NCBI GenBank assembly: GCA_043826455.1
Contig: JBDRQD010000055.1
Location: 177 to 64,176, forward strand
Direction: 5' to 3'
DNA from: Candidatus Bathyarchaeota archaeon
GTDB taxonomy: Archaea; Thermoproteota; Bathyarchaeia; TCS64
Length of the DNA: 64,000 nt
Of this stretch, positions 9,716 to 18,127 are shown piece after piece. Every line of letters begins with the position of its first letter. Position 1 is the first letter of the stretch. The translations under genes and the position numbers were made by a program. The notes beneath the pieces are model-generated. The model did not search any database, was not told the DNA's origin, and saw only the letters and a program-made list of their open reading frames with translations.

Positions 9716-11254
9716 ATGAAGCAGTCCGCTCAGGGGAGCCTCATACTTGTAATAGGCCAGGTAATCTCGACGGTCGTCTCGGCCCTGGGCATGATCTATG
9801 TGTCTCGTGTCCTAGGTTCAACCAGCTTCGGGGTTGTCAACATCGCCCAGATCCCCATAGGTTTCGCCTACATCCTCATGAACCTGGGCACAGACCAGGC
9901 TCTAATCAAGTACATCGCCCAGTACAAGTACGAGGGTAAGACGGAGAACCTGCGCCTCCTGGTGGAGTCAGGCCTGTTCATAAGCCTGGCCGTCGGCATC
10001 TTCTACACTGCCCTGCTGTACGTGTTCGCGGGGTATCTGGCGAACACAGTTTTCGGTCAGCCCGAGTTGGAGGTCCTGATTAAGCTGCTTTCGCTGGGGG
10101 TTATCGGCCAGTCCGTTATCACGACGGCCTGGGCAGTGATACTGGGGTACGAGAGGATGACCCTGAAGAGCTTCAACATCATCGCCCTGTCGGTTCTGAA
10201 GAGCGTGGTGGGGCCTGTGCTGGTTTATCTAGGTTATGGCCCGGTTGGAGCGGTGCTGGGGGAGACCGCGCCTCTCGTCTTCTCAAGTCTCCTCGGCCTG
10301 GTTTTCGTGTACATCCTCTGGAAGAACGAGGCCCACGGCGAAGCCACCATTAGCCATGTGGAGGGCGTAAAGATGCTCCTAAGTTACGGTTTCCCTCTGT
10401 TCCTGGCGAGCCTCGTGACGGGGCCGAGGTCTCACATCAACTCCTACCTGTTGTCCGTCTACGTGGCGGCTGACTTCATAGGCAACTACAGTGTGGCGAC
10501 GCGGTTCTCCGCGCTGGTTGGTCTCATCGTCACCCCCATATCTCAGGTCATCTTGCCCCTCTTCTCTAAGCTGGAGAGCAACCTGGAGGACTTGAAGTTC
10601 GTCTACCAGGCCTCAGTGAAGTACACGTCTCTCCTAGTGTTTCCCATCGTCGCCGCCATCATGGCCCTGTCGCCTCAGATAATTCAGATACTGTACGACC
10701 AGGACTACGCCCAGGCGCCCCTGTACATGAGGCTCTACCTCAGCCTCTTCTTCTTCATCGGGTTGGGGACCTTGAGTAACCAGCGGCTCCTGAACAGTAG
10801 GAACCTGACTCGCATCACCTTCAACTCCACCTTCATCCAGACGGTGGTGACCCTGCCCATCACCTTCCTCCTGGTGCAGAGGTACGGGGTTGTGGGGATG
10901 CTGGTCTCGGAGCTTGTCGGGCCTAGGGTGGGTATGATCTACGGCATCTGGGAGATCAAGAGGAACTTTGGGTTCACCTTTGACCTCGGCTCGTCTATGA
11001 AGCTCTTCGTCTCCGCGTTCTCGGGTTTTATTGTGGCGTCTTTCCTGTTCTCGGCTCTGGACCTGAACCTGTGGGTGGAGCTTGTCCTCGGCTGCGTCGT
11101 CACTCTGCTGGTCTATGTCGCCGGGATCGTCTTGCTGAGGGCGTTGACCAAGGCCGACGTCCATGACATCGCCAGCCTTTCAGATGCCTTCGGCCCCCTG
11201 GCGGGTGCGTTCCGGATGTTCCTCGGCGTCCTCGGGCGCTTCGTAGGCGAGTAG
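9716..11254 (+). CDS. MOP/Wzx-type polysaccharide (oligosaccharide) flippase family membrane protein
   Basis: 512 aa with ~12-14 hydrophobic helices. The N-terminal layout (GSLILVIGQVISTVVSALGMIYVSRVLG..FGVV) is typical of polysaccharide biosynthesis/flippase proteins. Confidence 0.65.
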   Translation: MKQSAQGSLILVIGQVISTVVSALGMIYVSRVLGSTSFGVVNIAQIPIGFAYILMNLGTDQALIKYIAQYKYEGKTENLRLLVESGLFISLAVGIFYTALLYVFAGYLANTVFGQPELEVLIKLLSLGVIGQSVITTAWAVILGYERMTLKSFNIIALSVLKSVVGPVLVYLGYGPVGAVLGETAPLVFSSLLGLVFVYILWKNEAHGEATISHVEGVKMLLSYGFPLFLASLVTGPRSHINSYLLSVYVAADFIGNYSVATRFSALVGLIVTPISQVILPLFSKLESNLEDLKFVYQASVKYTSLLVFPIVAAIMALSPQIIQILYDQDYAQAPLYMRLYLSLFFFIGLGTLSNQRLLNSRNLTRITFNSTFIQTVVTLPITFLLVQRYGVVGMLVSELVGPRVGMIYGIWEIKRNFGFTFDLGSSMKLFVSAFSGFIVASFLFSALDLNLWVELVLGCVVTLLVYVAGIVLLRALTKADVHDIASLSDAFGPLAGAFRMFLGVLGRFVGE

Positions 11255-11438
11255 CTCGGCTCGAATAGCGATAACAGGTTTGTTCCTAGTGGCTGGGAAT
11301 TGTGTTGGGGGGGGGTCTCTGGGGCTCCGTGGTTTGTTACAGGTAGCTTGTAATTTGGGGAATTAGGGGGTTGGTGACCGCTGCGTGGAAGAATGTGATA
11401 ATTTTTCGAGTTGCATTTAGCTAAGTTTTATGGGTTGT

Positions 11439-11459
11439 CAGCGGCTCACAGAGCCGCTG
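11439..11459 (+). promoter_or_regulatory. Perfect 9-bp stem / 3-nt loop hairpin in the leader region of the hdr/mvh operon
   Basis: CAGCGGCTC-ACA-GAGCCGCTG, read directly. It lies ~100 nt upstream of the hdrC ATG (11558), just downstream of an AT-rich TATA-like stretch (aagttttatg, ~11424). Confidence 0.4.
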
Positions 11460-11557
11460 TCTATTAAGATGTAATTGTGACTGTGTTACAAGCTACGCTT
11501 CTCGACTTTTTGTACGCATGGATACTATTCTTATATTACCTTACCACGGGGTACTCT

Positions 11558-12037
11558 ATGGGACCCGCGAAAAGGCTTCTGGATCAACTGCTCGACGAGG
11601 AAAAGCTGGGCTACTGCCAGAACTGTGGCATGTGCACCGCCAGCTGCCCCATGGCCCGAGTGATCCCGGACACCTACAACCCACGTCTCCTGCTCCAGAA
11701 GGCTCACCTGGACCTGGAGAACCTGACTGAGGGTGAGGAGCTGTGGCTCTGCTCGTGGTGCTACAGGTGCACCGAGAGGTGCCCCCAGAACATTCAGCCT
11801 ACAGAGATATTTCTTCTGACCCGGAACTTCGCCTCGGAGAAGGGGAACATACCCCCCAATCCCAGGATGATCATCAGGAACATCATGAGGACGGGTCGAA
11901 GCATGCCCGTGGACGAGTTCACCAACGAGCTGAGAGAGGACTACGGCCTGCCCCCGGTCACAGGCGTCTCCGAGAAGGCTCTTGAGGAGCAGAGGAAGAT
12001 CATGGGGGACGAGTTCGTGAGGAGGATAGAGAAGTGA
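11558..12037 (+). CDS. hdrC: Heterodisulfide reductase subunit C-like, 2x[4Fe-4S] (copy 1)
   Basis: CQNCGMCTASCP and CSWCYRCTERCP motifs. I prefer ATG 11558 (MGPAKRLL) to the track's GTG 11477, whose first 27 residues look non-coding. GTGA overlap with hdrB. Confidence 0.8.
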   Translation: MGPAKRLLDQLLDEEKLGYCQNCGMCTASCPMARVIPDTYNPRLLLQKAHLDLENLTEGEELWLCSWCYRCTERCPQNIQPTEIFLLTRNFASEKGNIPPNPRMIIRNIMRTGRSMPVDEFTNELREDYGLPPVTGVSEKALEEQRKIMGDEFVRRIEK

Positions 12038-12924
12038 GTCTGGAGTATGTCCTCTACCCCGGCTGCGTGGCCTCGGTCCGCGAGATAGGCTACGAGCTGT
12101 CCGTCAGGAAGGTATTCGACAAGCTGGGCGTCAAGCTCCGACAGTCTAACGACTTCAACTGCTGCATGCCCGCGTGCCTAGTGCACAGCGTCGACTACGT
12201 CAGGGGCCTGGCGTTGACGACCCGCAACCTGGCTGTGGCTGAGAAGATGGGCTTGCCCATGCTCACCCTGTGCTCAAGCTGCTTCGGTAACCTGTCACGG
12301 GCGAAGTACATGCTGGACGAGGACCCCAAGCTGCGGAAGGACGTGAACAAGATCCTGGCCTCGGCAGGCAGAGAGTACAGGGGGGAGGCCCGGGTCGAGC
12401 ACGTGCTGACAATACTTCACAAGGACATCACCGTGGACAAGCTGAAGGAGCGCGTCTCCAACCCGCTGAGGAACATTGTGGCGGCGCCCTTCCACGGCTG
12501 CCACATCTTCATGCCGGCCAAGTACAGCGGCTTCGACGACCCCGAGTTCCCCAGCAAACTGGATACCATCATGGCCGCCACGGGGGTGCAGGTCGCCGAC
12601 TACAACGAGAAGACCAGCTGCTGCATCGGCTGCGGCTCCTTCTTCGGCGACGTGTCCCAGACGGCGTCCCTTCTACTGGTCGACAAGATACTTAAGAGCG
12701 CCAAGGACACGGGGGCCGACTGCATTGTGACCACCTGCCCCTTCTGCATCATGCAGCTGGAGATAGGCCAGATCAAGCTCAGGGACGAGGGGAAGGACTA
12801 CGGGCTCCCGGTTCTCCACTTCGTGGACCTCCTGGGCCTTTCCATGGGCATGGACCCCGGTGAGCTGGGCTTTGAGCTCAGAAGGGTCAGTGTCAAGCCG
12901 CTTCTAGCCAAGATCAGTGGGTGA
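12034..12924 (+). CDS. hdrB: Heterodisulfide reductase subunit B-like, two CCG domains (copy 1, divergent CC motifs)
   Basis: NCCMPACL, CCIGCGSF and TTCPFCIMQLE. Two Cys-rich CCG-type domains, but with CCM/CCI instead of canonical CCG. Confidence 0.8.
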   Translation: MSLEYVLYPGCVASVREIGYELSVRKVFDKLGVKLRQSNDFNCCMPACLVHSVDYVRGLALTTRNLAVAEKMGLPMLTLCSSCFGNLSRAKYMLDEDPKLRKDVNKILASAGREYRGEARVEHVLTILHKDITVDKLKERVSNPLRNIVAAPFHGCHIFMPAKYSGFDDPEFPSKLDTIMAATGVQVADYNEKTSCCIGCGSFFGDVSQTASLLLVDKILKSAKDTGADCIVTTCPFCIMQLEIGQIKLRDEGKDYGLPVLHFVDLLGLSMGMDPGELGFELRRVSVKPLLAKISG

Positions 12925-12968
12925 GCCTTATTTCCCACTCAATTTAATAGTGACAGAAGATACGTAAG

Positions 12969-13496
12969 GTGATACGTTTGGCTGCCGGAATCGATGAAAG
13001 AGAAGTCAAGTTCATCTCCCTGATGCTCAGCAGGGCCGTGGGGGAGATGAACGCCGAGGTGTGTGAGCAGTGCGGAAAGTGCTCCTCCGCGTGCCCAGTG
13101 TCCAAGGAGATCGAGGGCTTCAACCCGAGGCAGATGATCGGGAAGGTGGCCCTGGGTAAGAACGATGAGCTCCTGAGGGGTGAGGCCATCTGGACCTGCA
13201 CCACGTGCCTCAAGTGCAGGGAGAGGTGCCCCGAGGAGATATCCCCCTACGACGTGATCCTCATCCTCAGGAACCTTGCTTACCGGGCGGGGTACAACTA
13301 CCCTGGGGGCTACGACAACTTCATCGAGGGCGTGAAGGAGTCAGGGTATATCTCATCGCCCCAGACAGTGAGGACCAGGGACGGCGGCAAGGTGAGCAGA
13401 GAGGACCTCGGCCTACTGGAGGTCCATGGGCCTGAGGACATGGAGCGGTTCAGAGGAATAGTAGAAGGAATCATAAAGGCAGGTAAGAGTAGATGA
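12969..13496 (+). CDS. hdrC: Heterodisulfide reductase subunit C-like (copy 2)
   Basis: CEQCGKCSSACP and CTTCLKCRERCP. The start is either GTG 12969 or ATG 13023. Confidence 0.8.
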   Translation: MIRLAAGIDEREVKFISLMLSRAVGEMNAEVCEQCGKCSSACPVSKEIEGFNPRQMIGKVALGKNDELLRGEAIWTCTTCLKCRERCPEEISPYDVILILRNLAYRAGYNYPGGYDNFIEGVKESGYISSPQTVRTRDGGKVSREDLGLLEVHGPEDMERFRGIVEGIIKAGKSR

Positions 13497-14371
13497 AGTA
13501 CGCCTTATACCCCGGGTGCACCATCCAGTCCGACCAGTTCGGATACGAGGCCTCGGTGAGGGAAACCCTGCCCAAGCTGGGCGTCGAACTCGTGGACATG
13601 AAGGGGGCCAGCTGCTGCGGGTTCCCCGCCCTGAGCAGCGTCTCCAAGATGGGGTGGCACTATCTCTCAGCCAGGAACCTGGCCATCGCCGAGGAGATGG
13701 GTCTCGACATGCTGCCCCTCTGTAACGGGTGCCATCTCTCGTTCATCGAGACCATGCACTTCCTGGAGGAGGACCCCGAGCTCAGTAACATTATCAACGG
13801 CAACCTGGAGACGGAGGGCCTCAGGTACGAGGGGAAGGTTAAGGTGGTCCACCTGCTGGAAGTCCTCCACGACAAAGTGGGGGCGGACAAGATCAGCAGC
13901 AAGGTCGTGAAACCCCTCGGAGGTCTGAAGCTGGCTTCTCATCCCGGCTGCCACGCCATCAGGCCCAGCGACCTGCAGAAGGTGGACGACCCTGAGGACC
14001 CCAGGAAGCTGGACACGCTCATTAAGGCTCTGGGGGCCGAGACCTTCGACTACCCAGAGAAGATCGACTGCTGCGGCTCACAGCTTGCCGTAACCTCGGG
14101 CAGGACGACCCTGAAGATCGCGGGGGACAAGCTCAAGGCGGTCAAGTCCTACGGCTTCGACGGTCTGGTGACCACCTGCCCCTTCTGCTTCAAGATGTAC
14201 GACGGGAGGCAGAGGGCCATCAAGGGCGCCCTCAAGGACAACACATTGGACGTCCCCGTCTTTTATTATACTCAGCTTCTGGGGCTGGCGTTGGGCTCCA
14301 GCTCCAATAGACTCGGGCTACAGATGAACATGAGCCCGGTTGACAGCCTCGTGGAGAGGATAACGGAGTAA
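13493..14371 (+). CDS. hdrB: Heterodisulfide reductase subunit B-like (copy 2, canonical CCG motifs)
   Basis: SCCGFPAL, DCCGSQLA and TTCPFCFKMYD. ATGA overlap with hdrC copy 2. Confidence 0.85.
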   Translation: MKYALYPGCTIQSDQFGYEASVRETLPKLGVELVDMKGASCCGFPALSSVSKMGWHYLSARNLAIAEEMGLDMLPLCNGCHLSFIETMHFLEEDPELSNIINGNLETEGLRYEGKVKVVHLLEVLHDKVGADKISSKVVKPLGGLKLASHPGCHAIRPSDLQKVDDPEDPRKLDTLIKALGAETFDYPEKIDCCGSQLAVTSGRTTLKIAGDKLKAVKSYGFDGLVTTCPFCFKMYDGRQRAIKGALKDNTLDVPVFYYTQLLGLALGSSSNRLGLQMNMSPVDSLVERITE

Positions 14372-14374
14372 ATT

Positions 14375-15676
14375 ATGATGAAGCCAGTAATGGTTATCGG
14401 CGGCGGGGTAGCGGGAATCCAGGCGGCTCTGGACCTGGCCGACAGGGGCCTCAAGGTCCACCTTGTGGAGAAGACACCCAGCATAGGCGGCGTCATGGCC
14501 CAGCTTGACAAGACGTTGCCCACCATGGACTGCAGCATATGCATCCTGGCCCCCAAGATGATCGAGTGCTTCAGGCACCCCAACATAACCATCCATACCC
14601 AGAGCCAGGTGAAGGAGGTGAGTGGTGGAGCCGGAGACTTCGGCGTCAAGGTGCTCAAGGAGCCCCGGTCGGTGGACGAGGCCAAGTGCACCGGCTGCGG
14701 AATATGTAGCCAGAAGTGCCCCACCAAGGTGAAGGACGAGTGGCAGGAGGGCCTCACGACCCGGAAGGCCGTGTACATAATGTTCCCCCAGGCCGTGCCC
14801 CTCACCGCCACCATCGACAGGGACAACTGCCTCTACTTCCAGAAGGGGATATGCCAGGTCTGCAGTAAGGTCTGCTCCGCGGGGGCCATCGACTACACGC
14901 AGGAGGCCGAGGAGATCGATCTCAATGTTTCATCCATAGTCGTCGCCACCGGGTTCCAGGAGTACGACCCGGCGGAGCTGAAGGAGTACGGGTACGGCAG
15001 GTTCAAGGACGTCCTCACGGCCATGGAGTTCGAGAGGCTGGTCTGCGCGTCCGGGCCCACGGGCGGCCACCTCAACCGCCCCTCTGACGGCAAGCTGGCC
15101 CACAGGGTCGCCTTCGTCCAGTGCGTGGGCTCCAGGAGCCACAAGAAGGGCTACCCCTACTGCAGCAGCGTCTGCTGCATGTACGCCACCAAGGAGGCGG
15201 TGCTCATAAAGGAGCACGACCCAGGCTCGGAGGTGAACGTCTTCTACATGGACCTCAAGGTCTTCGGCAAGGGCTTCCAGCAGTTCGTGGACAGGGCCAA
15301 GAGCCACTACGGCGTGAACTATATCCGCGGTAGGCCCGGGGAGATCAGGATGAACCCCCTCACCAAGGACCTGACCATATGGTACGAGGACACCAACACA
15401 GGCGACGTATCCAGCATGGAGGCCGACATGGTGGTGCTATGCACAACCATGATTGCTAGACCCGAGAACAAGGAGCTGGCCCGGGTCCTGGGGCTGGAGC
15501 TGGACGAGTGGGGCTTCTTCAAATCCCTTAACCCTTTAACGAACCCCGTCGAGACGGGGATGCCGGGGGTTTTCCTGTGCGGGTGCAGCCACGGCCCCAG
15601 GGACATCCCGGAGTCGGTGGCTGAGGCCAGCGGCGCGGCTGCTTGCGCCGCCGAGGTCGCCAGGAGGTTCATGTGA
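14375..15676 (+). CDS. hdrA: HdrA-like FAD module with inserted ferredoxin domain (lacks the HdrA N-terminal Cys domain and C-terminal ferredoxin domain)
   Basis: VIGGGVAGIQAALDLADRG (FAD fold), GGVMAQLDKTLPTMDCSICILAPKM, CTGCGICSQKCP, and VQCVGSRSHKKGYPYCSSVCCMYATKEA. Confidence 0.85.
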   Translation: MMKPVMVIGGGVAGIQAALDLADRGLKVHLVEKTPSIGGVMAQLDKTLPTMDCSICILAPKMIECFRHPNITIHTQSQVKEVSGGAGDFGVKVLKEPRSVDEAKCTGCGICSQKCPTKVKDEWQEGLTTRKAVYIMFPQAVPLTATIDRDNCLYFQKGICQVCSKVCSAGAIDYTQEAEEIDLNVSSIVVATGFQEYDPAELKEYGYGRFKDVLTAMEFERLVCASGPTGGHLNRPSDGKLAHRVAFVQCVGSRSHKKGYPYCSSVCCMYATKEAVLIKEHDPGSEVNVFYMDLKVFGKGFQQFVDRAKSHYGVNYIRGRPGEIRMNPLTKDLTIWYEDTNTGDVSSMEADMVVLCTTMIARPENKELARVLGLELDEWGFFKSLNPLTNPVETGMPGVFLCGCSHGPRDIPESVAEASGAAACAAEVARRFM

Positions 15677-17358
15677 TGAGCGAGAAGCCAAGGGTAGGCG
15701 TCTTCGTGTGCCACTGCGGGATAAACATAGGTGGCTACCTGGACGTACCGGACGTGGTGAAGTACGCTGAGACCCTGCCTGACGTGGCCTACGCGGAGGC
15801 AAACCTGTACACGTGTTCAAGTGACGGCCTCCAGAAGATCAAGGAGGCTATAAAGAAGTACGACCTGAACCGGGTCGTCGTCGCGTCCTGCACCCCCAGG
15901 ACCCACGAGCCCCTGTTCCAGGGTGCCTGCGAGGAGGCCGGCCTCAACAAGTACGTCTTCGAGATGGCTAACATCAGGGACCAGTGCAGCTGGGTCCACA
16001 TGCACGAGCGCGATAAGGCTACGCAGAAGGCAAAGGACCTTGTACGCATGGCCGTGGCCAAGGCGCGGCTGCTCACCCCTGAGGAGGAACCCGAGATCGA
16101 TATCCAGCCCATCGGCATGGTGATAGGTGGCGGAGTCTCGGGGCTAACGGTGGCCCTATCCCTGGCCGACCAGGGCTTCAAGGTTCATTTGGTGGAGAAG
16201 GAGGGCAGGCTGGGCGGGTACCTCAACAAGCTGGACAAGCTGTTCCCCAGCAACATGAAGGCCGAGGACGTCATCAAGCCCCTCATCCAGCGTGTTAAGA
16301 GCTCGCCGGACATCACAGTCCACCTCAAATCCACGGTGACCGACGTGAAGGGCTTCATCGGCAACTTCGACACCGAGATCACCACGGGAGAAGAGTCCCA
16401 GCTCCTCAACGTGGGCACCATCGTCGTCGCCACCGGAGCCGACTACCTAGACCCCAAGGGGCTGTACGGGTACGGCGAGGTGGAGGGAGTCGTGACCCAG
16501 TTGGAGCTAGAGGAGCTCATGAAGGAGGGCAAGCTGGGCAAAGCCAAGACCACGGTCATGATCCAGTGCGTCGGGGCCCGCATCGAGGAGAGGCCCTACT
16601 GCTCCAGGGTATGCTGCTCCGAGGCCATGAAGAACGCGACGCTGCTGGTGGAGGAGAACCCCAGGCGCGACGTGTACATCCTTTACAGGGACCTCCAGAC
16701 CTACGGCCTGGAGTACACGGCGCTGGAGTGGGACGCCAAGAAGAAGGGCGTCAAGCTGATCAAGTACGACGTAGAGATGCCCCCCGAAGTGACGAAGGGT
16801 GAGAAGGGGCCCGTGGTGAAGGTATTCAGCCCCCTGCTGGGCGAGGAGCTGACCATCGAGGCCGACACGGTGGTGCTATCCGCGCCCCTCATACCCAACG
16901 AGGAGAACAAGAGGCTGTCCCAGCTGCTGAAGGTGCCCCTCAACTCCGACGGCTTCTTCTTGGAGGCCCACGTGAAGCTGAGGCCCCTGGACTTCGCCAC
17001 CGACGGAGTCTACGTATGCGGGACCGCCCACAGCCCCAAGGAGGTGGCCGAGAGCCTGGCCCAGGCAAGAGGCGCAGCATCCAGGGCCGGGATACCCATG
17101 GCCAAGGGCAGGCTCAAGACCGCGGCCATCACCAGCGTCGTGGACGAGTCCAAGTGCAGCGGCTGCGGCACCTGCATAGAGCTCTGCGCCTACAACGCCA
17201 TCACCAAGAACGAGAAGAAGCTGGCCCAGGTCACCTCCGCCGTCTGCAAGGGCTGCGGCGTATGCGGGGCCAGCTGCCCGGAGAGGGCCATAACCATGAG
17301 GCACTTCACCAACGAGGAGCTGGAGGCCCAGGGCCTCGCGGCCCTCAAGGAGGCATAA
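15676..17358 (+). CDS. hdrA: HdrA-like protein: HdrA N-terminal Cys domain + second FAD/NAD-fold module + C-terminal 2x[4Fe-4S] ferredoxin domain
   Basis: RVGVFVCHCGINIGG, VASCTPRTHEPLF, NIRDQCSWVH, VIGGGVSGLTVALSLADQG, CSGCGTCIELC and CKGCGVCGASCP. ATG 15676 overlaps the upstream stop (TGATG). Confidence 0.85.
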   Translation: MSEKPRVGVFVCHCGINIGGYLDVPDVVKYAETLPDVAYAEANLYTCSSDGLQKIKEAIKKYDLNRVVVASCTPRTHEPLFQGACEEAGLNKYVFEMANIRDQCSWVHMHERDKATQKAKDLVRMAVAKARLLTPEEEPEIDIQPIGMVIGGGVSGLTVALSLADQGFKVHLVEKEGRLGGYLNKLDKLFPSNMKAEDVIKPLIQRVKSSPDITVHLKSTVTDVKGFIGNFDTEITTGEESQLLNVGTIVVATGADYLDPKGLYGYGEVEGVVTQLELEELMKEGKLGKAKTTVMIQCVGARIEERPYCSRVCCSEAMKNATLLVEENPRRDVYILYRDLQTYGLEYTALEWDAKKKGVKLIKYDVEMPPEVTKGEKGPVVKVFSPLLGEELTIEADTVVLSAPLIPNEENKRLSQLLKVPLNSDGFFLEAHVKLRPLDFATDGVYVCGTAHSPKEVAESLAQARGAASRAGIPMAKGRLKTAAITSVVDESKCSGCGTCIELCAYNAITKNEKKLAQVTSAVCKGCGVCGASCPERAITMRHFTNEELEAQGLAALKEA

Positions 17359-17361
17359 CGT

Positions 17362-18126
17362 ATGAGCGATTTCGAACCCAAGATCATAGGCTTCCTGTGT
17401 AACTGGTGCAGCTACGCGGGCGCCGACCTCACAGGGGTCAGCAGGATACAGTACCCCACAAACCTACGCGTCATCAGAGTCATGTGCAGCGGCCGGATCG
17501 ACCCACCCCTGCCCCTCAGCTTCCTGGCCGAAGGCGCCGACGGCGTCATGATCACGGGCTGCCACATAGGCGACTGCCACTACATAGACGGCAACCTGTA
17601 CGCCAAACGCAAGTTCAGCCTCCTGGAAAGGCTTGTAGAGAAGGCCGGCCTGGATAAGGGCCGCGTCATGCTGGAGTGGGTCTCGGCCAGCGAGGGCCAG
17701 AAGTTCGCGGACGTGGTCACCGGATTCATCGGTAAGATCAAGGAGATAGGCCCAACGCCAGCAACCACCGACCCCGATATCAAGCTCAACATCAAGGCGG
17801 CCCAGGCCGCCGCAGAGGCGTACCGCCTCAGGGCCCTCGTGGGCAAGGAGGAGCAACTGGAGAAGAAGGGCAACGTCTACGGCGACAAACTATCCCAGGA
17901 GGAGCTGGACAGGATCATGGGCGAGGCCGTTGAGCTGGAGTACACCCGAAACAAGATCAAGCTCCTGCTGAAGGAGCCCATGTCGGTGAAGGAGCTCGCC
18001 CAGAAGCTTGGAATCGACTCAAAGACCGTGCTGGAACACATCGTGGCCCTGCGGCAGAGAGGCTGGGTGGACCTCCACGAGGTGAGGGACCATTCACCCC
18101 TCTACAAGACCATGGAGGTGGCCTGA
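17362..18126 (+). CDS. mvhD: MvhD-like [2Fe-2S] protein fused to a C-terminal coiled-coil + winged-helix domain
   Basis: The N-terminal 135 aa are MvhD (IIGFLCNWCSYAGADL, RVMCSGRIDP, ITGCHIGDCHY). The C-terminal ~110 aa end in an HTH-like MSVKELAQKLGIDSKTVLEHIVALRQRGWV. Confidence 0.8.
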   Translation: MSDFEPKIIGFLCNWCSYAGADLTGVSRIQYPTNLRVIRVMCSGRIDPPLPLSFLAEGADGVMITGCHIGDCHYIDGNLYAKRKFSLLERLVEKAGLDKGRVMLEWVSASEGQKFADVVTGFIGKIKEIGPTPATTDPDIKLNIKAAQAAAEAYRLRALVGKEEQLEKKGNVYGDKLSQEELDRIMGEAVELEYTRNKIKLLLKEPMSVKELAQKLGIDSKTVLEHIVALRQRGWVDLHEVRDHSPLYKTMEVA

Positions 18127-18127
18127 G

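Noticed and set aside
15643-15675. Possibility that the split hdrA (14375..15676 / 15676..17358) is a frameshifted pseudogene of the fused type
   Set aside because: The junction is a clean TGATG stop/start overlap. Both parts keep all Cys and FAD motifs, and the linker present in the fused paralogue is simply absent. It was treated as a genuine two-gene version.
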